A stretch of DNA of 64,000 nucleotides from Myxococcota bacterium (GTDB lineage: Bacteria > Myxococcota_A > SURF-8): NCBI GenBank assembly GCA_965140415.1, contig OZ223209.1:4288001-4352000 (forward strand). The letters run 5' to 3'. The notes under the pieces are model-generated. The model saw nothing but the letters and a program-made list of their open reading frames with translations. It ran no database searches and was not told where the DNA came from. The translations under genes were made by a program, and so were the position numbers. Position 1 is the first letter of the stretch. Each line of letters opens with the position of its first letter. Shown piece by piece: positions 36,728 through 47,175 of this stretch.

Positions 36728-39460
36728 TTACAGCCCCGCGATCAGATCCCGTAACGCCTTAAAAGCCAGCTCCACCTTGCCAGCATCACCGCCACCGGCC
36801 TGCGCCATATCCGGGCGACCGCCACCCCGGCCTCCCGCCGCCTGGGCAACCTGACCGATCGTCTTGCCCGCAGGCAAACGCTTACGCAGACTTTCGCTCA
36901 CGCCCAGCAGGAAACCGGCTTTTTCACCTTCAATCGAAGCCAATAATACCACGCCCTCTCCCAACTTGTCGAGCGCCTGCTGACCGTAGTCGCGGAAGTT
37001 CTTGGCATCGACGTCCTCCACTTTGGCGCACAACAGGCGTACGCCGTTGATTTCCTCAACCTGATTCATCAACGTGGTGCTCTGCATCTTGGCCTTTTCC
37101 AACATCAACTGCTCGATGCGTTTGCGGTCGGCCTTTTGCTGCTCGAACATCGAACGAATGCCATCCGGCACAGCCAGCGGCGCAACACTCAACAGACCCG
37201 CCGCCGTTTTCAACGCCAGACCCTGAGCCTGCACGGCTTTTACGGCTTCCGTTCCCGTCGCCGCTTCGATACGACGTACGCCCGAAGCGATGGAAGCCTC
37301 CGACAGAATCGTGAACAACCCCAAGTCTCCGGTACGATGCGCATGCGTTCCACCGCACAGTTCCACCGAATCTTTGGTCATCGACACGACCCGCACGACG
37401 TCGCCGTATTTTTCACCGAAAAAGGCGATGGCGCCATCCGCCTGCGCCTGCTCCAGCGACTTGACCTCCGTGCCAATCGCTTCATTGACCAGGATCTTTT
37501 CGTTGACCAGCCGTTCCACTTCGGCGATCTGTTCGGCTTCCAAAGCCTGGAAATGGGTGAAGTCAAAGCGCAACCGGTCGGGTCCGACGAAGGAGCCGGA
37601 CTGCTTGACATGTTCTCCCAGCACCTTGCGTAACGCATACTGCAACAGGTGGGTGGCGCTGTGATTGCGTCGGGTGGCGTCACGGCGGACGGCGTCCACC
37701 TGCACCGATACCTGATCGCCCACACTGAGCGATCCCTTCAAAATCCGCCCTTTATGCACCCACAGACCGTCCACCGGCTTCTGGGTATCCAGCACCAGCA
37801 TTGCGAAACGCTGGGACCAATCGACCTCGCGTCCTTCCATGGCGGCTTTCAATGCCGTTTCCGCCTGCTCCGGTTCAACATTGTCGGACAGGATCAGTCC
37901 CCGGTCACCAAGCTGCCCACCGCTTTCGGCATAGAAAGGTGTACGATCCAGCACCAATTCCACATCCATGCCTTCCGGCGCCTGCTGCAAACGCTGATCG
38001 CCACTGATGATCGCCCGCACCGTGGCGGTGTCTACATCGTTGTCATAGCCGGTAAACTGCACCGGCTGTTCCAGTTCCGTCAAAGCCTCGCCGTACAACG
38101 CAGTGCGGTCGTTACCGCCCTTGCCCTTCCAGGAGGCGCGCCCGCGCTCACGCTGTTCTTTCATCGCCTTGTCGAAGCCGGGCTTATCCACTTGCTTGCC
38201 GTTTTCCGAAGCGATGATCTGCGTCAGATCAACCGGGAAACCGTAAGTGTCGTACAATTTAAACGCCACATCGCCCGGCACCTGCTCCTCACCGGCCTGC
38301 TGCAAACGCTCGATTTCGTTTTGCAGAATATCCAAACCGGTGTTCAGCGTGCGCCGGAATCCCTTTTCCTCTTCGCGCACCACGTTCAAGATGAAATCGC
38401 GATTGCGCTGCAATTCGGGGTAGACCTCGCCCATGCGTTCGATTACGAGTTCGCAAATGTCCGGCAAGAAGACGCGGTCGAAACCCAACCGCTTTCCGTG
38501 ACGGATGGCCCGCCGCATGATGCGCCGGAGCACGTAGCCGCGAAATTCGTTGGAGGGCAGCATGCCGTCGCCGATCAGGAAGGTGGTCGCACGAATGTGA
38601 TCCGCGATGACCTGTAACGAGGTATCGTCTTCACGGTCGGTCTTGTAGGTTTTGCCGCACATTTCGGCGGTCTTTTGAATGATCGGTAAAAACAGGTCCG
38701 TCTCGTAGTTCGAATAGACACCGTTCAGCACCGCGCAGAAACGCTCCAGCCCGCCACCTGTATCCACAGACGGTTTCGGCAGGGGTGTCATGGTGCCATC
38801 CTGGGCACGATCGAACTGCATAAAGACCAGATTCCAGATCTCTAAAAAGCGGTCCGAATCGCCGTAAATGTCCTCATTGGCCCAGATGCCGTCCGGTCCC
38901 TCGCCTTGATCGATATGCAATTCCGAACAGGGGCCACAGGGACCGACATCGCCCATCGACCAGAAATTGTCTTTCGCGCCCATGCGCACGACGCGATCTT
39001 CCGGCAACCCGATCTGCTTATGCCAGATATCGTAGGCTTCGTCGTCTTCCTCGAAAACGGTGGCGTACATCCGGGAGATGTCGAATCCCATTTCGTTGAC
39101 CAACTCCCAACTGTATTGAATCGCTTTTTCCTTGAAATAATCGCCAAAGCTGAAGTTGCCCAGCATTTCGAAAAAGGTGTGATGCCGCGCGGTGCGTCCG
39201 ACGTTCTCCAGGTCGTTGTGCTTGCCGCTTACGCGCATGCACTTCTGGGTCGTAGTCGCACAGGGCGCGGGACGGGCAACGTTTCCGACGAACACATCTT
39301 TGAACTGGTTCATCCCAGCATTCGTAAACAGCAGCGTGGGATCGTTCAACGGCACCAGCGAACTGGAGCGCAGGCGTAAGTGCCCGTTTTTCTCGAAGTA
39401 ATTAAGGAAAGCTTCTCTGATTTCAGCCGACGAGCGTGTCATGTTCTTATTCCGTTTCAT
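36728..39460 (-). CDS. alaS: Alanine--tRNA ligase
   Basis: DPTLLFTNAGMNQFK, HHTFFEMLGNFSFGDYFK, NHSATHLL, ELCGGTH, GGGRPDMAQAG. Confidence 0.99.
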   Translation of the reverse strand: MKRNKNMTRSSAEIREAFLNYFEKNGHLRLRSSSLVPLNDPTLLFTNAGMNQFKDVFVGNVARPAPCATTTQKCMRVSGKHNDLENVGRTARHHTFFEMLGNFSFGDYFKEKAIQYSWELVNEMGFDISRMYATVFEEDDEAYDIWHKQIGLPEDRVVRMGAKDNFWSMGDVGPCGPCSELHIDQGEGPDGIWANEDIYGDSDRFLEIWNLVFMQFDRAQDGTMTPLPKPSVDTGGGLERFCAVLNGVYSNYETDLFLPIIQKTAEMCGKTYKTDREDDTSLQVIADHIRATTFLIGDGMLPSNEFRGYVLRRIMRRAIRHGKRLGFDRVFLPDICELVIERMGEVYPELQRNRDFILNVVREEEKGFRRTLNTGLDILQNEIERLQQAGEEQVPGDVAFKLYDTYGFPVDLTQIIASENGKQVDKPGFDKAMKEQRERGRASWKGKGGNDRTALYGEALTELEQPVQFTGYDNDVDTATVRAIISGDQRLQQAPEGMDVELVLDRTPFYAESGGQLGDRGLILSDNVEPEQAETALKAAMEGREVDWSQRFAMLVLDTQKPVDGLWVHKGRILKGSLSVGDQVSVQVDAVRRDATRRNHSATHLLQYALRKVLGEHVKQSGSFVGPDRLRFDFTHFQALEAEQIAEVERLVNEKILVNEAIGTEVKSLEQAQADGAIAFFGEKYGDVVRVVSMTKDSVELCGGTHAHRTGDLGLFTILSEASIASGVRRIEAATGTEAVKAVQAQGLALKTAAGLLSVAPLAVPDGIRSMFEQQKADRKRIEQLMLEKAKMQSTTLMNQVEEINGVRLLCAKVEDVDAKNFRDYGQQALDKLGEGVVLLASIEGEKAGFLLGVSESLRKRLPAGKTIGQVAQAAGGRGGGRPDMAQAGGGDAGKVELAFKALRDLIAGL

Positions 39461-39517
39461 CCAATCGTGTTACAGCCATACTGCTTATCCTCAACCGAAA
39501 CCGGGTGAGGCATCATA

Positions 39518-40000
39518 TTAACTTTCATCTGTCAACGTTTCCAACGCATCCCGAATCAGGTAGGTTGGAAATCCCCGCGATTGCAAAAAGCGGGCGAGTT
39601 TCTGGTAGCGCTTGCGCGGGTCGTTTTCGTTCAATTCGCGATTCTTCTTTTGCGCCGCTTTCATGCACAAGTCGGCCTCATCCACCTCCTCGCGCACCAA
39701 CGCCGTCGCCCGTTCGATCTCCTCGCCACCGACTCCCGCGCGTCGCAATCGGGCTTGTGCATCGGCAAAACCGAACCCTCGCCGAAGCACGCGCTCGCGC
39801 AGCAGCATCTCGGCGAAACGAGCGTCGTCAAGGTAAGACAATTGCTGTAGCCTTGTCAAGGTTGCTTCGATGTCCTTAAAGGAGAAACCGCGGGTTTTCA
39901 GTTTGGTGACCAGTTGATGGCGACTGTGTTCACGCGCAGACAAGATTCGCAGGGCCGATTCGTAGGCATCTTCCGCCGAGCACCGTTTGCTGTCCTTCAC
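39518..40000 (-). CDS. recX: RecX regulatory protein
   Basis: ALRILSAREHS, YLDDARFA, FLQSRGF; located downstream of recA. Confidence 0.9.
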   Translation of the reverse strand: MKDSKRCSAEDAYESALRILSAREHSRHQLVTKLKTRGFSFKDIEATLTRLQQLSYLDDARFAEMLLRERVLRRGFGFADAQARLRRAGVGGEEIERATALVREEVDEADLCMKAAQKKNRELNENDPRKRYQKLARFLQSRGFPTYLIRDALETLTDES

Positions 40001-41148
40001 TAAAAATGCTCCAGCTCGAAGTCGTCGTCGTTTTCCTTGTTCTGCTCGAAGTCGCCCCAGGTGCCGTCACTGGAGGTGGATTGAATTCCCTTGAGCCGTA
40101 GCGCGAAATCGTCCGGGTTGGTGGCCTGGCGCATGGCTTCCTCGACGGTGACCATGTGGCTTTTGATCAGCATCATCAGCGACTGATCGAAGGTCTGCAT
40201 CCCGTAGGATTGGTACCCCTCGGCGATACTGTCGCGCATTTCCTTGATGCGCGTCTCGTCCTGAATCAGTTCCTTTATGCGCTCGGTATTGATCATGACT
40301 TCCACCGCCGGAACACGCCCTTGACCATCGGCACGCGGCACCAGTCGCTGGGAAATAACCGCTTTCAGAATCGAAGCCAGTTGCAGGCGAATCGACTTCT
40401 GCTGGTGCGGCGGGAAGGTGGTGATAATCCGGTTGATCGTCTCTGCGGCATCGAGTGTATGTAACGTGGAAAGCACAAGGTGACCGGTTTCAGCGGCGGC
40501 AATGGCAATTTCAATCGTTTCGAGATCGCGCATTTCACCGATCAGAATGACATCCGGGTCTTGCCGCATAGCCGATTTCAGCGCACGTGCAAAACTGTGC
40601 GTATCCACACCCAACTCACGCTGGTTGACCATCGAGCGCTTGTCGCGGATCAAAAACTCGATCGGATCTTCAATGGTCATGACGTGGCAGGTGCGCGTGT
40701 GGTTGATGTGATTGATCATCGCCGCCAATGTCGATGATTTTCCGGCGGAAGTCGTACCTGTCACCAGAACCAGACCGCGCTGGTAATTGGCAATCTTGAC
40801 CAGCACCTCCGGTAGGTTCAACTCTTCGAAGGAGGGCACATTCATCGGAATCACGCGAATCGCCATACCCAGCGTACCGCGTTGATGATAGATGTTGATG
40901 CGAAAACGACCGATTCCGGCGATACCGTGGGCCAGATCGATTTCACGCTCGCTGGCCATGATTTTCTTCTGCTGCGCATCCATCACGCCATTGGACATCT
41001 CGGTAAGATCGTCCACGCTCAAACGCTCCGCATTCTTCAGCGCGACCAGCGAACCATTGATGCGAAACATGGGCGGCAACCCCACTTTCAGGTGGATGTC
41101 GCTGGCTCCCCCTTTGAATCCGATGGTCAGTATTTCGCCGAAATCCAT
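40000..41148 (-). CDS. pilT: Type IV pilus retraction ATPase PilT/PilU family
   Basis: ASDIHLK, TIEDPIEF, RQDPDVILIGEMRD, AETGHLVLSTLHT, GMQTFDQSL. Confidence 0.92.
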   Translation of the reverse strand: MDFGEILTIGFKGGASDIHLKVGLPPMFRINGSLVALKNAERLSVDDLTEMSNGVMDAQQKKIMASEREIDLAHGIAGIGRFRINIYHQRGTLGMAIRVIPMNVPSFEELNLPEVLVKIANYQRGLVLVTGTTSAGKSSTLAAMINHINHTRTCHVMTIEDPIEFLIRDKRSMVNQRELGVDTHSFARALKSAMRQDPDVILIGEMRDLETIEIAIAAAETGHLVLSTLHTLDAAETINRIITTFPPHQQKSIRLQLASILKAVISQRLVPRADGQGRVPAVEVMINTERIKELIQDETRIKEMRDSIAEGYQSYGMQTFDQSLMMLIKSHMVTVEEAMRQATNPDDFALRLKGIQSTSSDGTWGDFEQNKENDDDFELEHF

Positions 41149-41274
41149 GCTGCTTCCCGTTTCCCTTCGGGCCGTCATGCTGTCTGGCGGACCATCCCGG
41201 CCCCAGCGGTGATGGTCTACAGAGTCACCGGCAGTCGCATAGAGTCTGGCAATATGCGACCGTCGGCAAAGCCG

Positions 41275-42351
41275 TTATTTCTTTTTCGATGCGCTTTTCG
41301 GTTTCTCTTCTTCTTTTGCGGCATCCTGCTCTTTCGACTCGCCTTGCTCTGTTCCCAAGCCGAAATGATCGAAAATTTCCTTTTCGATGGCTTCCAGGAT
41401 ATCCGGGTTGTCCTTTAAAAACTGCTTGACGTTTTCCCGGCCTTGCCCGATCCGCTCGCCTTTGTAGGAGAACCAGGAACCGGACTTGTCTACCAGGTTG
41501 TTATCGACACCCAGATCCAGCGCCGCACCTTCGCGTGAAATCCCCTTGCCGTACATGATGTCGAATTCAACAGACTTGAATGGCGGTGCAAGCTTGTTCT
41601 TGACCACTTTCACCCGTGTACGTGAACCAAGGATTTCATCGCCCTGCTTGATCGCCGCAATACGACGAATATCGATACGTACCGAACTATAGAATTTCAA
41701 CGCATTACCACCGGTCGTCGTCTCGGGATTGCCGAACATGACGCCGATCTTCATGCGGATCTGGTTGATGAAAATCACGGTCGTATTGGATTTCGAAATC
41801 AAACCGGTCAGTTTGCGCATCGCCTGCGACATCAACCGGGCCTGCAAACCCATGTGCGAGTCGCCCATCTCGCCGTCGATTTCCGCTCGCGGCACCAGCG
41901 CGGCGACGGAGTCCACCACCAGTATATCGATGGCGTTGGAGCGCACCAGCATTTCCATGATTTCCAACGCCTGCTCGCCGTAGTCGGGCTGACTGATGAG
42001 CAGTTCATCCGTGTCCACACCCAATGCGCGCGCATATTTGACGTCCAGCGCGTGTTCAGCATCAATGAATGCCGCAATGCCGCCCGCTTTCTGTGCGCTT
42101 GCCACACACTGTAGCGCCAACGTTGTTTTACCCGAAGCTTCCGGACCGTAAATTTCAGTGATGCGTCCCTTCGGAAGACCGCCAATGCCCAGCGCGATAT
42201 CCAGGGAAATCGCCCCGGTGGAAACCACGGGAACCTTGCCAGCCAGCGCAGCCTGATCGCCCAGGCGCATAATGGAACCCTTGCCAAACTGTTTCTCAAT
42301 CGAACCGATTGCCAGTTCAATCGATTTCATTTTCTCCTGATCGATCGCCAT
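41275..42351 (-). CDS. recA: Recombinase A
   Basis: [33 protein letters not shown]. Confidence 0.99.
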   Translation of the reverse strand: MAIDQEKMKSIELAIGSIEKQFGKGSIMRLGDQAALAGKVPVVSTGAISLDIALGIGGLPKGRITEIYGPEASGKTTLALQCVASAQKAGGIAAFIDAEHALDVKYARALGVDTDELLISQPDYGEQALEIMEMLVRSNAIDILVVDSVAALVPRAEIDGEMGDSHMGLQARLMSQAMRKLTGLISKSNTTVIFINQIRMKIGVMFGNPETTTGGNALKFYSSVRIDIRRIAAIKQGDEILGSRTRVKVVKNKLAPPFKSVEFDIMYGKGISREGAALDLGVDNNLVDKSGSWFSYKGERIGQGRENVKQFLKDNPDILEAIEKEIFDHFGLGTEQGESKEQDAAKEEEKPKSASKKK

Positions 42352-42353
42352 TG

Positions 42354-43004
42354 TTACCCTCCGCTCGCCGTAAGTATCGTTTGGATCGTATTGATCGCGG
42401 TATATGCCGCTAATAGTCTAATTTCATGCCGGTTTCCGGGGAACTGGTGCCGCTCGATGCTTTCCACCGCCGGGTGTTTGACCCCGACAAACACCGTTCC
42501 GACCGGCTTTTCCGGGGTGCCACCATTGGGTCCGGCAATTCCCGAAATCGCTACACAAACCTGCGCTCCGGTGGTGCGATACATGCCGTCCAGCATTTCC
42601 TGCACGCATTCGCGACTGACTGCCCCATGCTTTTCCAACGTGCTGCGCGATACACCCAGACGGCGGATCTTGGCTTCGTTGGAATAGGTCACGACGCTTT
42701 CCACAAACGCTTCCGAAGAGCCGGATACGTCCGTTACCAGTTTGGCCAACAATCCACCGGTGCAGGATTCCGCCGTAGCCAGCAGCAAGCCATGATAGGC
42801 CAGTTGCCGCACGACCCGTTCCACCAGATCTTCACCCTGCAAACTGGGAGCGAGATCGCCCATCAGGCTGCTCAAGTGGCGACTCACCTCCGGCTGATCG
42901 TCCTTTTCCACCTGCTGCGCCACGCAATCGGATAAAAGCAAACCGTCCACTCCCGCGCGCAACAGCACATCCGCCCAATAGGGCTTTGATTCATCGATTT
43001 TCAT
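42354..43004 (-). CDS. CinA C-terminal / NMN deamidase (PncC-like)
   Basis: [27 protein letters not shown]; upstream of recA. Confidence 0.88.
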   Translation of the reverse strand: MKIDESKPYWADVLLRAGVDGLLLSDCVAQQVEKDDQPEVSRHLSSLMGDLAPSLQGEDLVERVVRQLAYHGLLLATAESCTGGLLAKLVTDVSGSSEAFVESVVTYSNEAKIRRLGVSRSTLEKHGAVSRECVQEMLDGMYRTTGAQVCVAISGIAGPNGGTPEKPVGTVFVGVKHPAVESIERHQFPGNRHEIRLLAAYTAINTIQTILTASGG

Positions 43005-43243
43005 TCACACCGCCTCATACGGATCATCATTACAATCCGGAAAAAAATTATAAAACCTCATCGACTATGGGGAAAATCCATCCATCGTCGCTACATTCGA
43101 TGCCCTATTGAAGCCTGATTAACGGGGAAAGTCAAGACAGGAACGAGTAAAAGCGAACACGTAGGACATTATCTGTCATACTACCTTCAACGCAATTCAG
43201 ATTATATTCTGTATATGCATGATTCCATTGAGGTTTTAGCGAG

Positions 43244-44008
43244 TTAGTCTTTTTCACCGGGTTGCCGCTGCAAGTAGAGAACCTGAATGATTCCCCCCGA
43301 TGACGCCCCGGAAACTTCACCGATCACCAGATCTCCAGGCCGCAAAAACGCCGTTCCGATATTCAGGCGCGAGCGGGGACAATCCAGGTCTATATCACCT
43401 AACTGAGGATCGTCGGTTTGTCGTTTGAGGGCGAAAAATGGCCGCAGGAGCCATTCGTCACCGGGCTGCCCGCTTATGTTTTGGATTGTAACGACCGGTG
43501 GGCTGAGAAGCTTGACGCGCACCCGGGCAAAGGGGAAGGCCCCTTCCGGCTTGATGCGGATCACCCGCGCGGTGAACTGACGCGACACCGGATCGTGCAG
43601 GCGCGTCGGTTGAGCGACACGCACACTGGAAGCGCCATCTGGCGCAATCAACTCCGTAGGCGCAGTATCTGCAACTTCCGCAAAGGGATCGACAACACTC
43701 TTTTCCGTGATCTCGATTTCCGCAAGGCGCGAAAACAACTCCTGCTGCGGCAGGCCGCTGATTTGAAGGTGAGTCGCATCGAGGCGCTGCAAGGTAGCGC
43801 CTCGCAACTTATCCGACAACTGCTCCCGAGCTTTTTCCAGCCAGGATTCCGGCAACTCGAAAACGAGGGTGTTCTCCTGCGGCTGCTGCCAGCCTGTAGC
43901 CAATGCTGCTTGCGGTTCACCCTGCTCGGATAGCCTCACCAGTGGTTCGGCAAAAGCCGTTTGTATCGAAAATAGCAAGCCGATCGCCAACAACCACGCG
44001 CGCATCAT
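43244..44008 (-). CDS. Exported hypothetical protein (paralog of 44098-44607)
   Basis: Signal peptide ending AFA; shared DPFA...PDGxSSxR motif. Confidence 0.65.
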   Translation of the reverse strand: MMRAWLLAIGLLFSIQTAFAEPLVRLSEQGEPQAALATGWQQPQENTLVFELPESWLEKAREQLSDKLRGATLQRLDATHLQISGLPQQELFSRLAEIEITEKSVVDPFAEVADTAPTELIAPDGASSVRVAQPTRLHDPVSRQFTARVIRIKPEGAFPFARVRVKLLSPPVVTIQNISGQPGDEWLLRPFFALKRQTDDPQLGDIDLDCPRSRLNIGTAFLRPGDLVIGEVSGASSGGIIQVLYLQRQPGEKD

Positions 44009-44097
44009 TCGCTTTCCCTTCCGTTTGCCAACATCCCCAAACGCGGAAACGGCGGGGACTCGCCCCGCCTTTCCATTATTGATCCCTAAATTTCAGA

Positions 44098-44607
44098 TCA
44101 GGAGCGTTTCAGGTATTCCAGAATGAACTTGCCGTCCTTCTTTTCCTTGATCATGCCTTCGATTTTATCGCCTTTTTGCATGTAATAGATACCGATGTTG
44201 TACTTGTTGTTGGCGTCGTTGAAATCAAACTTGCCGTCCTTGCGGTTCCAGTTGACCGTGAAATCGTAGCTTTGGCCTTTTTTCAATTCAGGATGCGCAC
44301 CTTTTTTGCAACTCGGCGGAGTCAGCACCTTGATTTTCAGTTCGTAGACACGCGGCCAGACTTTTTCGTCGGTCTTGACGATTTCCACCCGTCCTTTGAA
44401 GATACGCGGATCAACCTTCTTCTTGGCGCGAATCGAACTGGAGCCGTCCGGAATGGCCAGGCCGGTATCATCCGCCGCACCCAACCCGGCGAAGGGATCG
44501 TCCAATACAACTTGTGCATTGTCTCCGGCTGGCGCTTCCTGCGCAATAGCCAATCCCAATCCCAAAATCGCCAGCAATCCGATCGCTAAAAATATGGTCT
44601 TTTTCAT
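44098..44607 (-). CDS. Exported hypothetical protein
   Basis: Signal peptide ending AIA; Lys-rich. Confidence 0.7.
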   Translation of the reverse strand: MKKTIFLAIGLLAILGLGLAIAQEAPAGDNAQVVLDDPFAGLGAADDTGLAIPDGSSSIRAKKKVDPRIFKGRVEIVKTDEKVWPRVYELKIKVLTPPSCKKGAHPELKKGQSYDFTVNWNRKDGKFDFNDANNKYNIGIYYMQKGDKIEGMIKEKKDGKFILEYLKRS

Positions 44608-45287
44608 TTCGCCTTCTCCTTCGGTTTGTTCGAATTCATCGGTTTCGATTTCTTGCCGGTTTTCGGTTCGGCTTTGGTCAACACGTGAAACACCTGCACC
44701 GACAGCTTCGCGCCGTCCAGTTCTCCAACCACCCAGGCGCGCGACCCGATCCCCGCCCGTAAAACCTTTATCACTTTAGAATTACCGTGCAGCGCCAAGC
44801 CCTGCCCGATATTCTTGACGACCAGAAACAGTTCGCCTTCCTGCTGAGCCAGCGTTCCAAAATACGGCTTGCGCCCATTGCCGACATCCATGATTTCGTA
44901 ATCGACAACGTTCAGGTCTTCATAGCCTAGCTTGTCGCCTTTCTTCTCGTCCTTGTCGTCGTCATCGTCTTCATCTTCCAAAAACCGAACGCACACCGTG
45001 ATGTTCCGCAGTTGCCGCAGTTCATCGACATACGCGCCGGTCAACCGGTAGCGATGCTGAGGTTTCTTTTTCGGGCTTTCAGCCTTATCCGTTTTCTCTG
45101 TCGTCACCGCCGCAGTATCGTCTTTCACCTGCAACACCACGGTCTGAAAATTCGAGGTTCCAACAACCTTGATAACACCCGTTTTTTCGATGAGATCCTC
45201 GTTGTCATCGTCCTCTGCCTGGGCCGTTACGGAGAAAAGCAACAGAGCCAATACTACCGAAAACAGAATTTTGTAATGCATCTTCAT
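44604..45287 (-). CDS. Exported hypothetical protein
   Basis: Signal peptide ending AQA; overlaps the next gene. Confidence 0.7.
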   Translation of the reverse strand: MKMHYKILFSVVLALLLFSVTAQAEDDDNEDLIEKTGVIKVVGTSNFQTVVLQVKDDTAAVTTEKTDKAESPKKKPQHRYRLTGAYVDELRQLRNITVCVRFLEDEDDDDDKDEKKGDKLGYEDLNVVDYEIMDVGNGRKPYFGTLAQQEGELFLVVKNIGQGLALHGNSKVIKVLRAGIGSRAWVVGELDGAKLSVQVFHVLTKAEPKTGKKSKPMNSNKPKEKAK

Positions 45288-45296
45288 TCCTTCCCC

Positions 45297-47060
45297 CTAC
45301 TTCACGCGCACGACGGCAAACGCCACATCCGCATCTTCTCCGGTGGTCGAGAAATACCGGTTGCTGTCACCCTTGGCAATCCAGCAGTTCAAGCCGGTAG
45401 AAGTCAACACACCATCGTTGTAATCGCTCAACTCTTCTGAGTAATCATTCGAGAAGCCCATGAACGTCACCGACTGACCTTCCGCAGTGGTGCGGCTGCA
45501 ATTCGTGCAGACGCCGATCTGCTGGCCGGTGATGGGATCGTCGTACAACTCATCATAGGCATATTTGGAACTGTCGGAAATGGACAGATCGTCCAAGCTG
45601 ACCGCCGCCATCCAGTTGAAAAACGCCTGATCCCAACTGATGTCCAAAGCCGCCTTCACCGCGTCGAAACCGGTGTCGGAAGTACGCACCAAGCTGGTTA
45701 AAAACGCCGCTCCGCCGTTGTCGGTCAGTGCGCCGCCGTCCGTACTCGAATAGCTCGCCCCGCCCTGCTGCTCGAAAAGATAGCGCATGAACAAAAATCC
45801 CATGCCGCGCGTTTCCACGCTGTCTTCGCTGAATGCCCAGGAGACCGCAGACGCATCGGATAAAAACGCGGCTGTCGTGGCGATATTGTCGATACCATAA
45901 CCACTCGCATCTTCCGCAAAGTGCGCCAGGTTTTCATCCAGCCAGACTTCTTCCGCCGCTCCGTACTTGCCACCCTTGATGCCGAACATCATCAGATGAT
46001 AATACTCGTGACCCACGGTTCCCAGAATCGACCCCAGATCGTCTGCGCTCTGCGGCAGTTGTATCCACAGAATATCCGCCGCATTGCCGGTCGCACCCGA
46101 AACGCCCGCATCCGCGAAGTCGGCGGGATTGAAGAATCCAGCCACCCCAGCATCGTTAACGAGATGGGTTGCGATCAGCAGATGTACACCATTCTGATCG
46201 GCGTCGGTCCAGTCGGTGCCATCGATAGTCGAAGACCCGAAGAAAAACTGATCGCGCGGATAAACCACACTGTCGAATTTTTCCACGATGCTCTGGATAT
46301 CGCTTTCACTGAAGGAAGCAGCGTCGTCTTCATCCACTGCCAACGCGACGTGTTCGCCTACCGCGCGCACCTGCACGTGGATGTCCTGGGTGGATTCGTT
46401 GAAATCCATAAAGGTCACGTCGAAATCGCTTTGACAACTGCCCTTCCATTCGACTTCGCCTGCACCGCAGTCAACCATCAGTCGCGCCCGTTTGGCTTGA
46501 CGCTTCAACAACTGCTCGCCGGTATAGCGTCCTTCCATCAACAGACGGCGTCCCCGTTCTCGCAAGCTTTTATCCGTTTGCTGCCGCGTCAGCAGGCGCT
46601 GATATCCGGCTTCGCTGATCCAGGCCGGTTTTGCCTGCTCAAATGCGCTGACCGGCTGCATCCTTACCCGCGAAAATAACGAGGAATCACCATCCTCAAA
46701 GCTATCTCCATCCGCCGTATCGCCATCGGCAATGTCGTCACCATCGACGCTGTCATCGCCATCGATTTGCGGCGCTTCACCTTCTTCAATGGTATAACCA
46801 GTCGAACTTTCCGTTTCCACCGGCCAGAACGGCAGAATGTGATATTCCTCCGTTCCTTCCGAAAAACCGAGTTCGAAACTATCCCCGGCATCGACCATGC
46901 GAACCACCGAATTGAGATCGCCGTCGGTCACGTCGCCATCGGTCTCGTCGTCCAGAACGTCACAGGCCAACAACATCGCAGTCAGTAACATCACAACCAA
47001 AATCAACGCTATTTTTTCCCTGAACATGGAATTTCTCCTTGTTAAGATGTCCATGCGCAC
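45297..47060 (-). CDS. Lipoprotein zinc metallopeptidase (zincin, M30-like)
   Basis: Lipobox LLAC, AGFFNPAD, GTVGHEYYH (HExxH), WLDENLAHFAE. Confidence 0.75.
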   Translation of the reverse strand: MRMDILTRRNSMFREKIALILVVMLLTAMLLACDVLDDETDGDVTDGDLNSVVRMVDAGDSFELGFSEGTEEYHILPFWPVETESSTGYTIEEGEAPQIDGDDSVDGDDIADGDTADGDSFEDGDSSLFSRVRMQPVSAFEQAKPAWISEAGYQRLLTRQQTDKSLRERGRRLLMEGRYTGEQLLKRQAKRARLMVDCGAGEVEWKGSCQSDFDVTFMDFNESTQDIHVQVRAVGEHVALAVDEDDAASFSESDIQSIVEKFDSVVYPRDQFFFGSSTIDGTDWTDADQNGVHLLIATHLVNDAGVAGFFNPADFADAGVSGATGNAADILWIQLPQSADDLGSILGTVGHEYYHLMMFGIKGGKYGAAEEVWLDENLAHFAEDASGYGIDNIATTAAFLSDASAVSWAFSEDSVETRGMGFLFMRYLFEQQGGASYSSTDGGALTDNGGAAFLTSLVRTSDTGFDAVKAALDISWDQAFFNWMAAVSLDDLSISDSSKYAYDELYDDPITGQQIGVCTNCSRTTAEGQSVTFMGFSNDYSEELSDYNDGVLTSTGLNCWIAKGDSNRYFSTTGEDADVAFAVVRVK

Positions 47061-47175
47061 ATCGATTTCACCAGCCCCGTTCGGCTATCCTTACGCCACA
47101 ATCGTAACGCAGCCCCCAGAAATGTCAAGGTAAACTGAAAGGTGTACAATACGGTATTGGAAAACGATCGCCTTA

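Noticed and set aside
39518-42351. pilT between recA and recX as a novelty
   Set aside because: This order is, to my knowledge, common in deltaproteobacterial genomes; treated as core synteny.
43005-43243. LexA/SOS box upstream of cinA-recA
   Set aside because: No convincing palindrome matching a LexA consensus I can support.
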